Shown piece after piece: positions 1 through 11,644 of a stretch of 64,000 nucleotides of DNA. Within the stretch, counting starts at the first letter, position 1. Each line of letters opens with the position of its first letter. The notes under the pieces are model-generated. The model saw only the letters and a program-made list of their open reading frames with translations. It was not told the origin of the DNA and made no database searches. This stretch comes from Mobula hypostoma (lineage: Eukaryota), in NCBI RefSeq assembly GCF_963921235.1, contig NC_086107.1:115818001-115882000 (forward strand), written 5' to 3'. The translations under genes and the position numbers were made by a program.

Positions 1-475
1 GAACTAACCTCCTCACGCCTAGCCTCTTTAATTTGATTCCCACCCCCAAACCATTCTAGTTTAAAGTCACCTCAGTAGCCCCCGCTAATCTCCCTGCCAG
101 GATATTGGTCCCCCTAGGATTCAAGTGTAACCCGTCCTTTTTGTACAGGTCACACCTGCACCAAAAGAGGTCCCAATGATCCAAAAATTTGAATCCTTGC
201 CTCCTGCTCCAATCCCTCAGCCACACATTTATCCTCCACCTCATCGCATTCCTAATCTCACTGTCGCGTGGCACAGGCAGTAATCCCAAGATTACTACCT
301 TTGCGGTCCTTTTTCTCAACTCCCTTCCTAGCTCCCTATATTCTCCTTTCAGGATCTCATCCCTTTTCCTACCTATGTCATTGGTACCTATATGTACCAC
401 GACCTCTGGCTCCTCACCCTCCCACTTCAGGATATCTTGGACACAATCAGAAATATCCCGGACCCTGGCACCAGG
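1..475 (-). mobile_element. CR1 LINE, ORF1 esterase (SGNH-like) C-terminal part; element continues past the left edge
   Basis: LPGARVRDI...VVVHIGTND...DGLHLN motifs of CR1 ORF1 esterase. Confidence 0.85.
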
Positions 476-706
476 AAGATCCCAGGAACAGTGCCATCGG
501 AAAGGGGGACCCCACACACATGCTTTCTCCTGGAGTGTTCCTAATGAGCTCTGGAAGATACTGTGATCTACTCTGCTGAAGGCACAGGAAGATCCCAGGA
601 ACTGCTCCCTCTGAGCTCAGGATCATCCTAGAAACAGACCTCCCCCCGCCCCAGTGGCCAAAAAAGAATTCAGCCCCCCCCCCTCCCTTCCCCAGCCAGA
701 ACTCAC

Positions 707-855
707 GCCTTGACATAGGGGTCAGAGAGCCCATGGGGGTCCATGGCAGCAAGGTGGGCACAGCGCAGGATGGAGAGGGTTAGCTGGTGGCTGGAGGAGC
801 AGAACCAAAGGCCCAACAGGATTCGACCAAGCTCCCCCTCCTGGGGCCCATCCGG
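707..855 (-). CDS. DOC2A: DOC2A-like C2B first exon; gene continues past the left edge
   Basis: ELGRILLGLWF...[25 protein letters not shown]; ttccag/gtgagt; phase 0-2. Confidence 0.93.
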
Positions 856-1025
856 CTGGAAGAGTGAGGGGACGAGTGGGGAGCAGTGTTAGAGGGAGGG
901 TGCAGGGAAAGGCGGATGGAGGTAGAGAGAGTGAGTTAAAGATAAAGTGAGAGAGAACAGACTTGATCAGAAATGACAGAGTCACACCTCCCCAACCCCA
1001 GCACCTGGGGACTATGAGACTCCAG

Positions 1026-1460
1026 TCAGTGTACAGATCTCCCCCTGAGAGAGGGGGACTGAGACACACCGGTCAGTGTACAGATCTCCCCCTGAGAGAG
1101 AGGGACTAAGAGACTCCGGTCAGTGCACAGATCTCCCCCGAGAGAGAGGGACTGAGAGACACCGGTCAGTGTACAGATCTCCCCTGAGAGAGAGGGACTG
1201 AGAGACACCGGTCAGTGTACAGATCTCCCCTGAGAGAGAGGGATTGAGAGACACCGGTCAGTGTACAGATCTTCCCCTGAGAGAGAGGGACTGAGAGACA
1301 CTGGTCAGTGTACAGATCTCCCCCTGAGAGAGGGGGACTGAGACACACCGGTCAGTGTACAGATCTCCCCCTGAGAGAGGGGGACTGAGACACACCGGTC
1401 AGTTTACAGATCTCCCCCTGAGAGAGAGGGACTGAGAGACTCCGGTCAGTGTACAGATTC
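1026..1460. repeat. 46-47-bp satellite (cagtgtacagatctccccctgagagagagggactgagagacaccggt)n
   Basis: About 9 tandem copies; same family at 54310-55642 and 62078-62862. Confidence 0.95.
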
Positions 1461-1520
1461 TCACCCCCCACCCCCACCCCCGGTGCCCAGTTGTGGTTCG
1501 GTTGCTCTGTGCACGTTTAC

Positions 1521-1574
1521 CTCCTGCATGTAGAAAGCGATTCCTCTGAGCGGTGGTGATATCGGAGACTGGGG
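1521..1574 (-). CDS. DOC2A: DOC2A-like linker exon (PQSPISPPLRGIAFYMQE)
   Basis: 54 nt, phase 0-0, cacag/gtaaac; LRGIAFYMQE resembles DOC2A LRGISCYLKE and rabphilin RGMALYEEE. Confidence 0.85.
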
Positions 1575-1739
1575 CTGTGTGAAAACAGCAGAGAGGTGAT
1601 TGAGAAAGTGCGCGAGAATTGTCATTGTCCTGTGTTTCAAACTCTGCTGAGATTCCAGGAGAGGGGCTCTCCACTGCCAAACTGGGAGAGAAACTCACAC
1701 ACAAACAAAATATCCTAATGCATTAGCTTCTACCATCAT

Positions 1740-2330
1740 CCTCAGCAGTGTGTACCATTCTCTGTCTGAAAAAAACTGACATTCCCCGCCCCCCCCCCGG
1801 TACTTTGCTCCAGTCACCTTGAAATTACCTCCCCCCTCGTGTTAACCCTTTCCACGCTGGGAAGAAGTGTCCGACTCTCCACTCGATCTACGCCTCTTAT
1901 CATTTTGTACACCTCTGTCAGGTCATCTCTCACCCTCCTTTGCTCCAAAGAGAAGCGCCAGCTCACTCAACATTCTGTCTAATCCAGGCACTGTCTCAGT
2001 ACCCTCTCTAAAGCTGCTATATCCCTCCTCTGGCGGGACCAGAACTGTGTGGTCTAACCATGGTTTTGTAGAGCTGCAACGTTACCTCTCCGTTCCTGAA
2101 CTCAGCCCCCTGACTAATGAAGGCCAACACACCACACACCTCTTAACCACCCTAGCAACCTGCACGGAAATATTGACGTGGACCCCAAGATCCTCCTGTC
2201 CCCCCGGAGCACTAAGGCTCCTATTTTCAAGTTTGTCCTTCCAAAGTAACGGCAGGGTTAGGACCCGAGGGCACCGCCTCATAACAAATGGACGTCTCTG
2301 CAGAAAAGAGATGAGGGGGAATTTATTTAG
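1740..2330. mobile_element. Degraded CR1 fragments in mixed orientation
   Basis: Remnant ORF2 3' motifs (DLGVHV..S.QVARVVK on minus; RTRGHRL...EMRGNLFSQ on plus). Confidence 0.6.
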
Positions 2331-2840
2331 CCAGCAGGAGTGGGGGGGGGGTGGAAGGGGTAGGGAATGTGTGGGAATGGTTACCAGCAGGAGCGGGGTG
2401 GGGGGGGGGGGAGATCTGTGGGATTGGTTACCAGCAGGAGTGGGGGGGATGTGTGGGATTGGTTAACAGCAGGAGCGGCGGGGGGGGGTGGAATGTGTGG
2501 TATTAGTTACCAGCAGGAGTGGGGGGGATGTGTGGGATTGGTTAACAGCAGGAGCGGGGGGGGTGGAATGTGTGGGATTAGTTACCAGCAGGAGTGGGGG
2601 GGGGGCAGGAATGTGTGGTATTAGTTACCAGCAGGAGTGGGAGGGGATGTTTGGGATTGGTTAACAGCAGGAGCGGGGTGGGGGGGTGGAATGTGTGGGA
2701 TTAGTTACCAGCAGGAGTGGGGGGGGGGCAGGAATGTGTGGGATTAGTTACTAGCAGGAGTGGGGAGGGGGGGAGATCTGTGGGATTGGTTACCAGCAGG
2801 AGTGGGGGGGTGGGGGAGGAATGTGTGGGATTGGTTGCCA
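2325..2840. repeat. G-rich ~38-45-bp minisatellite (ttaccagcaggagtgggggg..aatgtgtgggattgg) embedded in a CR1 3' fragment
   Basis: About 12 imperfect tandem units. Confidence 0.85.
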
Positions 2841-5635
2841 CAGATAATGGATGTGTCTAAAGCGGAGATTGATGGGATCTTGAACAGTGAGTGCGCCATA
2901 TGTTACGGGGAGGGGGCAGTTGGCAGGAGAACTGGGGGCGAAGGGGGTGGTCTGGAGAAATAAATCAGACCTGATTGAACGGTGGAGAGGACTCAATGCG
3001 CCCTGTGCTGCTTATGTGTCTGATGCTAGAGGAACTCAGCAGGTAAGGAAGCATAACTTTAGTCAAAATTATATTTAATCCGCCGGCAGCAGAGTTAACA
3101 GCGGTGCTGAACCGAATAGCGGTTCTACAGACACCAGTCCCGGGGACGGAGACCTGGTCTCGGCGTCTCGGCCGAGGAAGCGACGGACGCAGAGGTGTCA
3201 GGAAGCTGAACTGCGGCAAGAGATCCGGGGCGCCAGCGAAGCTGAGTTAACCCGAGCAGGCCGGCCGTACCATCCCTTTTCCTGGCCAACACCCGCTCGC
3301 TAGATAATAAAATGGACTCCCGGAGACTGAGAAAGAACACAGAGAAAGAGATGAGAAACTGCCGTGTTCTGGTTTTCACCGAAACGTGTCTAAACAACCA
3401 CATGCCGGACTCGGCTCTGCATCTGAACGAAATGACTCGGTTCCGCGCAAACGGGAACTCCCTGACTGAGAAATAGAACCATAGAACCATAGAAACTACA
3501 GCACAGAAACAGGCCCTTTGGCCCTTCTTGGCTGTGCCGAACCATTTTCTGCCTAGTCCCACTGACCTGCACACGGACCATATCCCTCCATACACCTCCC
3601 ATCCATGTATCTGTCCAATTTATTCTTAAATGTTAAAAAGAACCCACATTTACCACCTCGTCTGGCAGCTCATTCCATACTCCCACCACTCTCTGTGTGA
3701 AGAAGCCCCCCCCAATGTTCCCTTTAAACTTTTCCCCCCTCACCCTTAACCCATGTCCTCTGGCTTTTCTCTCCCCTTGCCTCAGTGGAAAAAGCCTGCT
3801 TGCATTCACTCTGTCTATACCCATCATAATTTTATATACCTCTATCAAATCTCCCCTCATTCTTCTACGCTCCAGGGAATAAAGTCCTAACCTATTCAAC
3901 CTTTCTCTGTAACTGAGTTTCTCAAGTCCCGGCAACATCCTTGTAAACCTTCTCTGCACTCTTTCAACCCTATTTATATCCTTCCTGTAATTTGGTGACC
4001 AAAACTGAACACAATACTCCAGATTCGGCCTCACCAATGCCTTATACAACCTCATCATAACATTCCAGCTCTTATACTCAATAATTTGATTAATAAAGGC
4101 CAATGTACCAAAAGCTCTCTTTACGACCTTATCTACCTGTGACGCCACTTTTAGGGAATTTTGTATCTGTATTCCCAGATCCCTCTGTTCCACTGCACTC
4201 CTCAGTGCCTTACCATTAACCCTGTATTTTCTACCTTGGGTTGTCCTTCCAACGTGCAATACCTCACACTTGTCAGTATTAAACTCCATCTGCCATTTTT
4301 CAGCCCATTTTTCCAGCTGGTCCAAGTCCCTCTCAGGCTCTGAAAACCTTCCTCACTGTCCACTACACCTCCAATCTTTGTATCATCAGCAAACTTGCTG
4401 ATCCAATTTATCACATTATCATCCAGATCATTGATATAGATGACAAATAACAATGGACCCAGCACTGATCCCTGTGGCACACCACTAGTCACAGGCCTCC
4501 ACTCAGAGAAGCAATTCTCTACCACCACCCTCTGGCTTCTTCCATTGAGCCAATGTCTAATCAAATTTACCACCTCTCCATGTATACCTAGCGAATGCAT
4601 TTTCCTAACTAACCTCCCATGCGGGACCTTGTCAAAGGCCTTACTGAAGTCGATGTAGACAATATCCACTGCCTTCCCTTCATCCACTTTCCTGGTAACC
4701 TCCTCGAAAAACTCCAACAGATTGGTCAAACATGACCTGCCATGCACAAAGCCATGTTGACTCTCTCTAATAAGCCCCTGTCTATCCAAATGCTTGTAGA
4801 TTCTGTCTCTTAGTACTCCCTCCAATAACTTACCTACTACTGACGTTAAACTCACCGGCCTATAATTTCCCGGATTACTTTTCGATCCTTTTTTAAACAA
4901 CGGAACAACATGAGCCACTCTCCAATCCTCCGGCACTTCACCCGTAGACACCGACATTTTAAATATTTCTGCCAGGGCCCCTGCAATTTCAACACTAGTC
5001 TCCTTCAAGGTCCGAGGGAACACTCTGTCAGGTCCCGGGGATTTATCCACTTTAATTTTCCTCAAGACAGCAAGCACCTCCTCCTTTTCAATCTGTACAG
5101 TTTCCATGGTCTCACTACTTGATTCCCTCAATTCCATAGATTTCATGCCAGCTTCCTTAGTAAATACAGACGCAAAAAACCTATTTAAGGTCTCCCCCAT
5201 TTCCTTTGGTTCCGCACAAAGCCGACTACTCTGATCTTCAAGAGGACCAATTTTATCCCTTACAATCCTTTTGCTCTTAATATACTTGTAAAAGCTCTTT
5301 GGATTATCCTTCACTTTGACTGCCAAGGCAACCTCATGTCTTCTTTTAGCCCTCCTGATTTCTTTCTTAAGTATTTTCTTGCACTTCTTATACTCCTCAA
5401 GCACCTGATTTATTCTCTGTTTCCTGTACATTTCATACAACTCCCTCTTCTTCTTTATCAGAGTTGCAATATCCCTTGAGAACCAAGGTTCCTTATTCTT
5501 ATTCACTTTGCCTTTAATCCTGACAGGAACATACAAGCTCTGCACTCTCAAAATGTCTCCTTTGAAGGCTTCCCACTTATCGATCACATCCTTGCCAGAG
5601 GACAACCTGTCCCAATCCACGCTTTTTAGATCCTT

Positions 5636-5834
5636 GCAACACACATAAAAGTTGCTGGTGAACGCAGCAGGCCAGGCAGCATCCGTAGGAAGAGGTGCAG
5701 TCAACGTTTCAGGCCGAGACCCTGCGTCAGGACTAACCTCTTCCTAGAGATGCTGCCTGGCCTGCTGCGTTCACCAGCAACTTTTATGTGTGTTGCTTGA
5801 ATTTCCAGCATCTGCAGAATTCCTGTTGTTTTTG
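5636..5834. mobile_element. Non-autonomous Penelope-derived hairpin element with hammerhead-like loop
   Basis: 13-bp TSD tttttagatcctt (5623-5635 / 5835-5847); inverted repeat 5636-5696 / 5736-5796. Confidence 0.8.
5698..5735 (-). ncRNA. Minimal type I hammerhead ribozyme-like motif (one core mismatch)
   Basis: UAGUC CUGACGC AGGGUCUCGGCCU GAAAC GUU GACUG: stem I, CUGANGA-like core, stem II, GAAAC, NUH triplet. Confidence 0.6.
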
Positions 5835-7061
5835 TTTTTAGATCCTTTCTCATTTCTTCAGATTTGGCCTTCTTCCAGTTAAGAACCTCAACCCTAGGAC
5901 CAGATCTATCCTTGTCCATGATCAAGTTGAAACTAATGGTGTTATGATCACTGGAACCAAAGTGCTCCCCTACACAGACTTCCGTCACTTGTCCTAACTC
6001 GTTTCCTAACAAGAGATCCAATATTGCATCCCCTCTAGTTGGTCCCTCTATATATTGATTTAAAAAACTTTCCTGAACACATTTTACAAACTCTAAACCA
6101 TCTAGACCCCTAACAGTATGGGAGTCCCAATCAATATGTGGAAAATTAAAATCCCCTACCACCACAACTTTATGTTTCCTGCAGTTGCCTGCTATCTCTC
6201 TGCAGATTTGCTCTTCCAAGTCTTGCTGACTATTGGGTGGTCTGTAATACAACCCCACTAATGTGGCCATACCTTTCCTGTTTCTCAGCTCCACCCATAA
6301 GGACTCAGTAGACAAGCCCTCTAATCTGTCCTGCCTGAGCACTGCTGTAATATTTTCCCTAACAAGCAATGCTACTCCCCCACCTTTCATTCCTCTGCCT
6401 CGATCACATCTGAAACATCGGAACCCTGGAATATTAAGCTGCCAGTCCTGCCCCTCCTGTAGCCAAGTTTCACTAATGGCTATAACGTCATAATTCCACA
6501 TGTCAATCCACGCCCTCAACTCATCTGCCTTCCCCGCAATACTCCTAGCATTGAAATATATACACCTCAGGAGATTTTTACCACCACTCACAACCTTTCT
6601 ATCAGCGGATTTGCTTGAACTTTTAACATCATTTATTTTCACCCCAGCCACACTGTCAGCTCTGGCACTCTGGTTCCCATCCCTCTGCAAATCTAGTTTA
6701 AAGCCTCCCCAATAGCATTAACAAACTTCCTTGAAAGGGTATTGGTCCCCCTGTAGTTCAAGTGTAACCCATCTCTCTTGTACAGGTCCCACCTGCCCCA
6801 GAAGAGGTCCCAATGATCCTGAAATCTGAAACCCTGCTCCCTGCACCAGTTCAATCTAAAGATTGAATCTGTGTGAATTGGTGTACAAACATCTGCATTT
6901 AGCAGTCACTGTTCCGGGGGCATTGATAACCTTCAAATTGATAGCCGGCCACATAACCCGCTCAGGGAGCTTGCTGTTGCGTTCATCAGCGCCGAGCGCG
7001 AACGCCGGGTATCATCATCTCGCTACAAAAATACGCGTTCAGACGGTCTCTTCATAAGGAG

Positions 7062-7796
7062 GTGCAACGAGACCTGGGTGTCATTATACACCAGTCATTG
7101 AAAGTGGGCATGCAGGTACAGCAGGCGGTGAAAAAGGCGAACGGTATGCTGGCATTTATAGCGAGAGGATTCGAGTACAGGAGCAGGGAGGTACTACTGC
7201 AGTTGTACAAGGCCTTGGTGAGACCACACCTGGAGTATTGTGTGCAGTTTTGGTCCCCTAATCTGAGGAAAGACATCCTTGCCATAGAGGGAGTACAAAG
7301 AAGGTTCACCAGATTGATTCCTGGGATGGCAGGTCTTTCATATGAAGAAAGACTGGATGAACTGGGCTTGTACTCGTTGGAATTTAGAAGATTGAGGGGG
7401 GATATGATTGAAACGTATAAGATCCTAAAGGGATTGGACAGGCTAGATGCGGGAAGATTGTTCCCGATGTTGGGGAGGTCTAGAACGAGGGGTCACAGTT
7501 TGAGGATAGAGGGGAAGCCTTTTAGGACCGAGGTTAGGAAAAACTTCTTCACACAGAGAGTGGTGAATCTGTGGAATTCTCTGCCACAGCAAACTGTTGA
7601 GGCCAGTTCATTAGCTATGTTTAAAAGGAAGTTAGATATGGCCCTTGTGGCTACAGGGGTCACGGGGTATGGAGGGAAGGCTGGGTTCTGAGTTGGATGA
7701 TCAGCCATGATCATAATAAATGGCGGTGCAGGCTCGAAGGGCCGAATGGCCTACTCCTGCACCTATTTTCTATGTTTCTATGTTTCTATGTTTCTA
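7062..7796 (+). mobile_element. CR1 3' fragment with open ORF2 end and (TTTCTATG)n tail
   Basis: QRDLGV...LVRPHLEYCVQFWSP...RTRGHSL...FFTQRVVNLWNSLP; microsatellite tail. Confidence 0.95.
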
Positions 7797-8151
7797 TAAT
7801 TGCAGGAGACGCTAATCATGTTACCCTGACATTTTACCGAAATTTCACCGACGAGTCACGACTGCCACCAGGGGAACAAATCATATTCATACAGATGCGA
7901 TACTTACGAAGCCGCCTTGGCCTCTCTGTCATATCTCCAACACACGCAAGATGCCGAAGGAACTCAGCAGGCCAGGCGAGTGTTAATGTCAGCGTAGCTG
8001 AAAATGGCCAAACCAGTCAAGTGGACATCGGTGAGGCAATCCATGCTCAGGCTGTTTGAACCGACCAGCCGGCGGATGCTGCAGGAGGCCGTCACAACGG
8101 AGTAGGCACAGAGCGAGGAATATGCCTCACCCGTCACCGGCTACATCAGTA

Positions 8152-8511
8152 TGTTCGTCCATCGTCATCGTCGAAGAGGACCTCGACACCGTGATGATGA
8201 TGATGGCGTCGAGACTAGATCTTGATTTGGATTTAAGTGAGGGAGAGTTGCGCAGCGTCAGCCTCACTCTCTCTTCCCAATTCCCATCTGGATCCAGTGG
8301 CAAGACAAGAATCGAGACGGCTGGAGATGGGACTAGGCGCAGTGGATGACCAGGACGTCTTCTGTGTCTTGTCCTGCTCTACACGTTCCACGATGCTTGC
8401 AGAGACCACCTTCTTGACCGTTGGACCTTCCATTGGTCTCGTCCGCTCAATCCGCCGGAGTCTGTCTTCACATGCTGGGATAGACAACTCCCTATCTCAC
8501 CGAGGGTTTGA
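8152..8511 (-). mobile_element. Short RTE-related non-autonomous element / SINE
   Basis: Imperfect TSD ggctacatcagta / ggctacaggagta; motifs recalled from RTE 5' UTRs (tcaaaccctcggtgag, agcatgtgaagac, cacttaaatccaa). Confidence 0.55.
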
Positions 8512-8734
8512 GGCTACAGGAGTAAATTGAAACCTCAAGAACGGACATCTTACGGGCCAACCAGAGGCCCTGGGTAAACGCACCCTGCTGAAGACCCGCG
8601 AAGTTGCTTTCCAGTCTGGCGACAGAACAAATCTCAGAGCAGCCTTGAAACCTCGTCTTGGGCATCAAGAGGGCAAAGACGGCCTCCTTACCCCCCAAAA
8701 AATCAGAAACGCCGGTCCGATAATCACCGCCGTG

Positions 8735-9180
8735 CGGGGCTGGGGGCTGGGACTGGGTCGGGGCGGGGTGCTGGGGGCTGGGGGCTGGGACTGGGCGGGG
8801 CTGGGTCTGGGACCGGGGGGAGGCTGGGACTGCGCGGGGCTGGGACTGGGACTGCGCAGGGCTGGGGGCTGGGGGGCTGGGACTGGGCGGGGCTGGGGGC
8901 TGGGACTGGGACCGGGGGGGGGCTGGGACTTGGCGGGGCTGGGGGCTGGGACTGGGACTAGGCGGGGCTGGGGGCTGGGACTGGGACGGGGGGTGCTGGG
9001 GGGCTGGGACTGGGCGGGGCTGGGGGCTGGAACTGGGACTAGGCGGGGCTGGGGGCTGGGACTGGGGCGGGGGGTGCTGGGGGGCTGAGACTGGGCGGGG
9101 CTGGGGGCTGGGACTAGGCGGGGCTGGGGGCTGGGACTGGGGCGGGGGGTGCTGGGGGGCTGAGACTGGGCGGGGCTGGG
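8735..9180. repeat. G-rich minisatellite (gggctgggggctgggactgggcgg), G-quadruplex-prone
   Basis: Tandem GGG-run units inside the Rex1-like element. Confidence 0.9.
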
Positions 9181-10579
9181 TATCAAAGGCATCACCAACT
9201 ACGCGAGGAAAAACAGTGTCGACTGTACCTGTGACATCTCCCTCTTCGACGCTCTGAACAACCTGTATGTGTGCTTCGATGCATGCGTCACTACGACAGC
9301 TCCCCCTCCCAGGCGAGCAGCCGCGCTCTGTAACAGTGGCTGACGCGAGGAGAACTCTGTAGAAAGTTAACTCCTATAAGGCGGCCGGGGCAGGAAAGAT
9401 CCCAGGCCGAGTACTCAGGGAGTTTGCACACCGTCTCTTCACGGATATCTTCAACACTTCACTCAACCAGGCTGCCGCCCCCACATGCTTGAAACCAGCC
9501 GCAATAATCCCTGTACACCTTCACAACTAAATAACCGCTGTCCAGTGTCACCGACGCCAGTCACAACCAAGTGTTTTGAACGGCCTGCAATGGCTCATAT
9601 CAAAACCTCCACTCCTGCCCCATTGGACACTCACCAATAAGCTTCCCGACAGAACCGCTCTACAACATCTGCTTTCACCCGGCCCCGACACAGCTAGAAG
9701 ACAGGGACACTTATGTCAGAATGCTGATTCCGGATTTCAGTTCGGCATCCAACACTGCTGTCCCACAGACTTGGTGAACAAAATCCTTCTCAGTGTAATT
9801 ACACCGCCTTGCAGCTGGGCGTTACTCTCCCCAATCGACAGACCTCAGAGAGTCAGGATGCGCAGCCGACCCTCTCTCGCCATCGTCCCCAACACGGGTG
9901 TCCCCAGGGCTGTGCGCTCCGCTCGCACACCCAGCTGCACGGCTACAAGTTCGCCGATAACACGGCAGCGGTGGGGCTCATCGCCAACCTCGGTGAGAGG
10001 AGATGGAAGAGTGCGAGGCAAATGTCGACAAGACAAAGGAGATGGTTGTCACCTTCAGCAGAACTCACACCCACCTTTACAGTAGCACACCACTGAAAAC
10101 CGCAAGTAGTTTCAAACTCCTGGGAGCGCACATCCTGCAAGAAAGTTCACCAACGACTCTACTTTGTGAAGAGAGCCGGTCTTTGCACATCCATCCCCAC
10201 GTCATTCTACGGATCTGCAGTAGAGAGCATCCTAACAAGATGCATCACTGCACGGTACAGTAACTGCGCTGCGGCGCACGGGAAGGCATAACAACGGGCA
10301 GTCAAAACCGCCCAGTGTATCACCTTCCCCAGCTTACCCGCCATCACACAGATGTATACAGAAAAGGGCCAGTAACCTCATGAGGAGTCCACGCACTCTG
10401 CTGATTGTCCCACTCCCATCAGGGAGGAGGCTGCAGGGACGCCGGACTCTTAAACAGTTACTTTCCACAAGCGGTGAGGCAGATCAACATCTCCACCCAC
10501 TAACTCCATTATTTCCCGGCATTCACCTATTGTTACATATAATCAATCTGTGTAGCTAAACTATCTTATGTCTCTATAT

Positions 10580-11295
10580 GGCATAGGAGCAGAATTAGGC
10601 CGTTCAGCCCATCGAGTCATGGCTGATCCCGGATCCCACTCAACCCCATACACCTGCTTCTCGCCATATCTTTTGATGCCCCGACCGATAAGGAAACATT
10701 ATTTTCCACCTTAAATATACACATAGACTTAGCCTCTACCTCAGTCTGTGGCAGAGCATTCCACAGATCCAGTACTCTCTGGCTAAAAAATATCCCCCTT
10801 ACTTCTGTTCTAAAAGGTCGCCCCTCAGTTTCGAGGCTGTGCCCCCTAGTTCTGGATACCCCCACCATAGGAAACATCCTCTCCACATCCCTTCAACATT
10901 TGGTGGGTTTCAAAGAGATCACTCCCTCCCCCCACCCCCCGTGCCCCGCATTCTTCTAAATTCCAGTGAGTACAGGCCCAAAGCTGCCAAACACTCCTCA
11001 TATGTTAACCCCTTCATTCCTGGAATCATCCACGTGAACCTCGTCTGGACTCTCTCCAATGACAACCCATCCTCTCTGCGATACGGAGCCCAAAAACTGT
11101 TGACAATTCTCCATGTGTGGCCTGACTATTGTCTTATAAAGCCTCAGCATTATCTCCTTGCGTTTATTCCCCTTGAAATAAATGCCAACATTGCATTTGC
11201 CTTCTTCACCACAGACTCGACCTGTAAATTAACCTGGGAGTCTTGCACGGGGACTCCTAAGTTCCTCTGCATCTCTGATGTTTGAACCTTCTCCC
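10580..11295 (-). mobile_element. CR1 3' fragment
   Basis: ERMFPMVGVSRTRGHSL...FFSQRVLDLWNALPQ and CR1 3' UTR. Confidence 0.85.
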
Positions 11296-11644
11296 CATAT
11301 TTACTGTGTGTTATTATTATTATTATTATTATTCTGTTCTTTATCTCTTGTGTTCGTTATTTTTTGGCTGCATCGGGTCTCGAGTAACAATTATTTTGTT
11401 CTCCTTCCACTTGTGTACAGGAAATGACTTTAAGCAGTATCGAATCTGGACAATCTTGAACCTGTGGAGGGAAACACAGCTGACGTTTCGGGCCGCGACC
11501 CTTCACTCGGACTGGAAGGGGGCAGGACATTGTTATTCTGGGCTAAACGCTGACAGCCTATTTCCCCCCTCCGATACTGCTTGGCCTGTTTGAGTTCCTC
11601 CAGCTCCAGCAGGGTAGGACAGGGGCAGTGGGGGGGGGGGGCGC

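Larger units (their letters stand above)
3472..6850 (-). mobile_element. Young 5'-truncated CR1 LINE (ORF1 end, endonuclease + RT ORF2, (GGTTCTAT)n tail)
   Basis: YFNARSI, GDFNFP, SDH endonuclease motifs; DFSKAFD, GVPQGSVLGP, FADDTK RT motifs; interrupted at 5636-5834 and frameshifted near 4325. Confidence 0.96.
3050..10560 (+). mobile_element. Decayed, near full-length Rex1/Babar-like LINE interrupted by younger insertions
   Basis: APE endonuclease start PSLFLANTRSLDNKMD...VLVFTETCLN (3270-3470), IIAGDANH (7796), ANQRPW (8560), RT TYVRML.PDFSSA.NT (9710), then 3' ORF remnants. Confidence 0.75.

Noticed and set aside
56..517. Stand-alone SGNH esterase gene
   Set aside because: It is CR1 ORF1; the same C-terminus precedes ORF2 at 6697-6850.
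1399..1704. 101-aa minus ORF as a DOC2 exon
   Set aside because: The homologous, phase-compatible exon is only 1521-1574 and is in a different frame.
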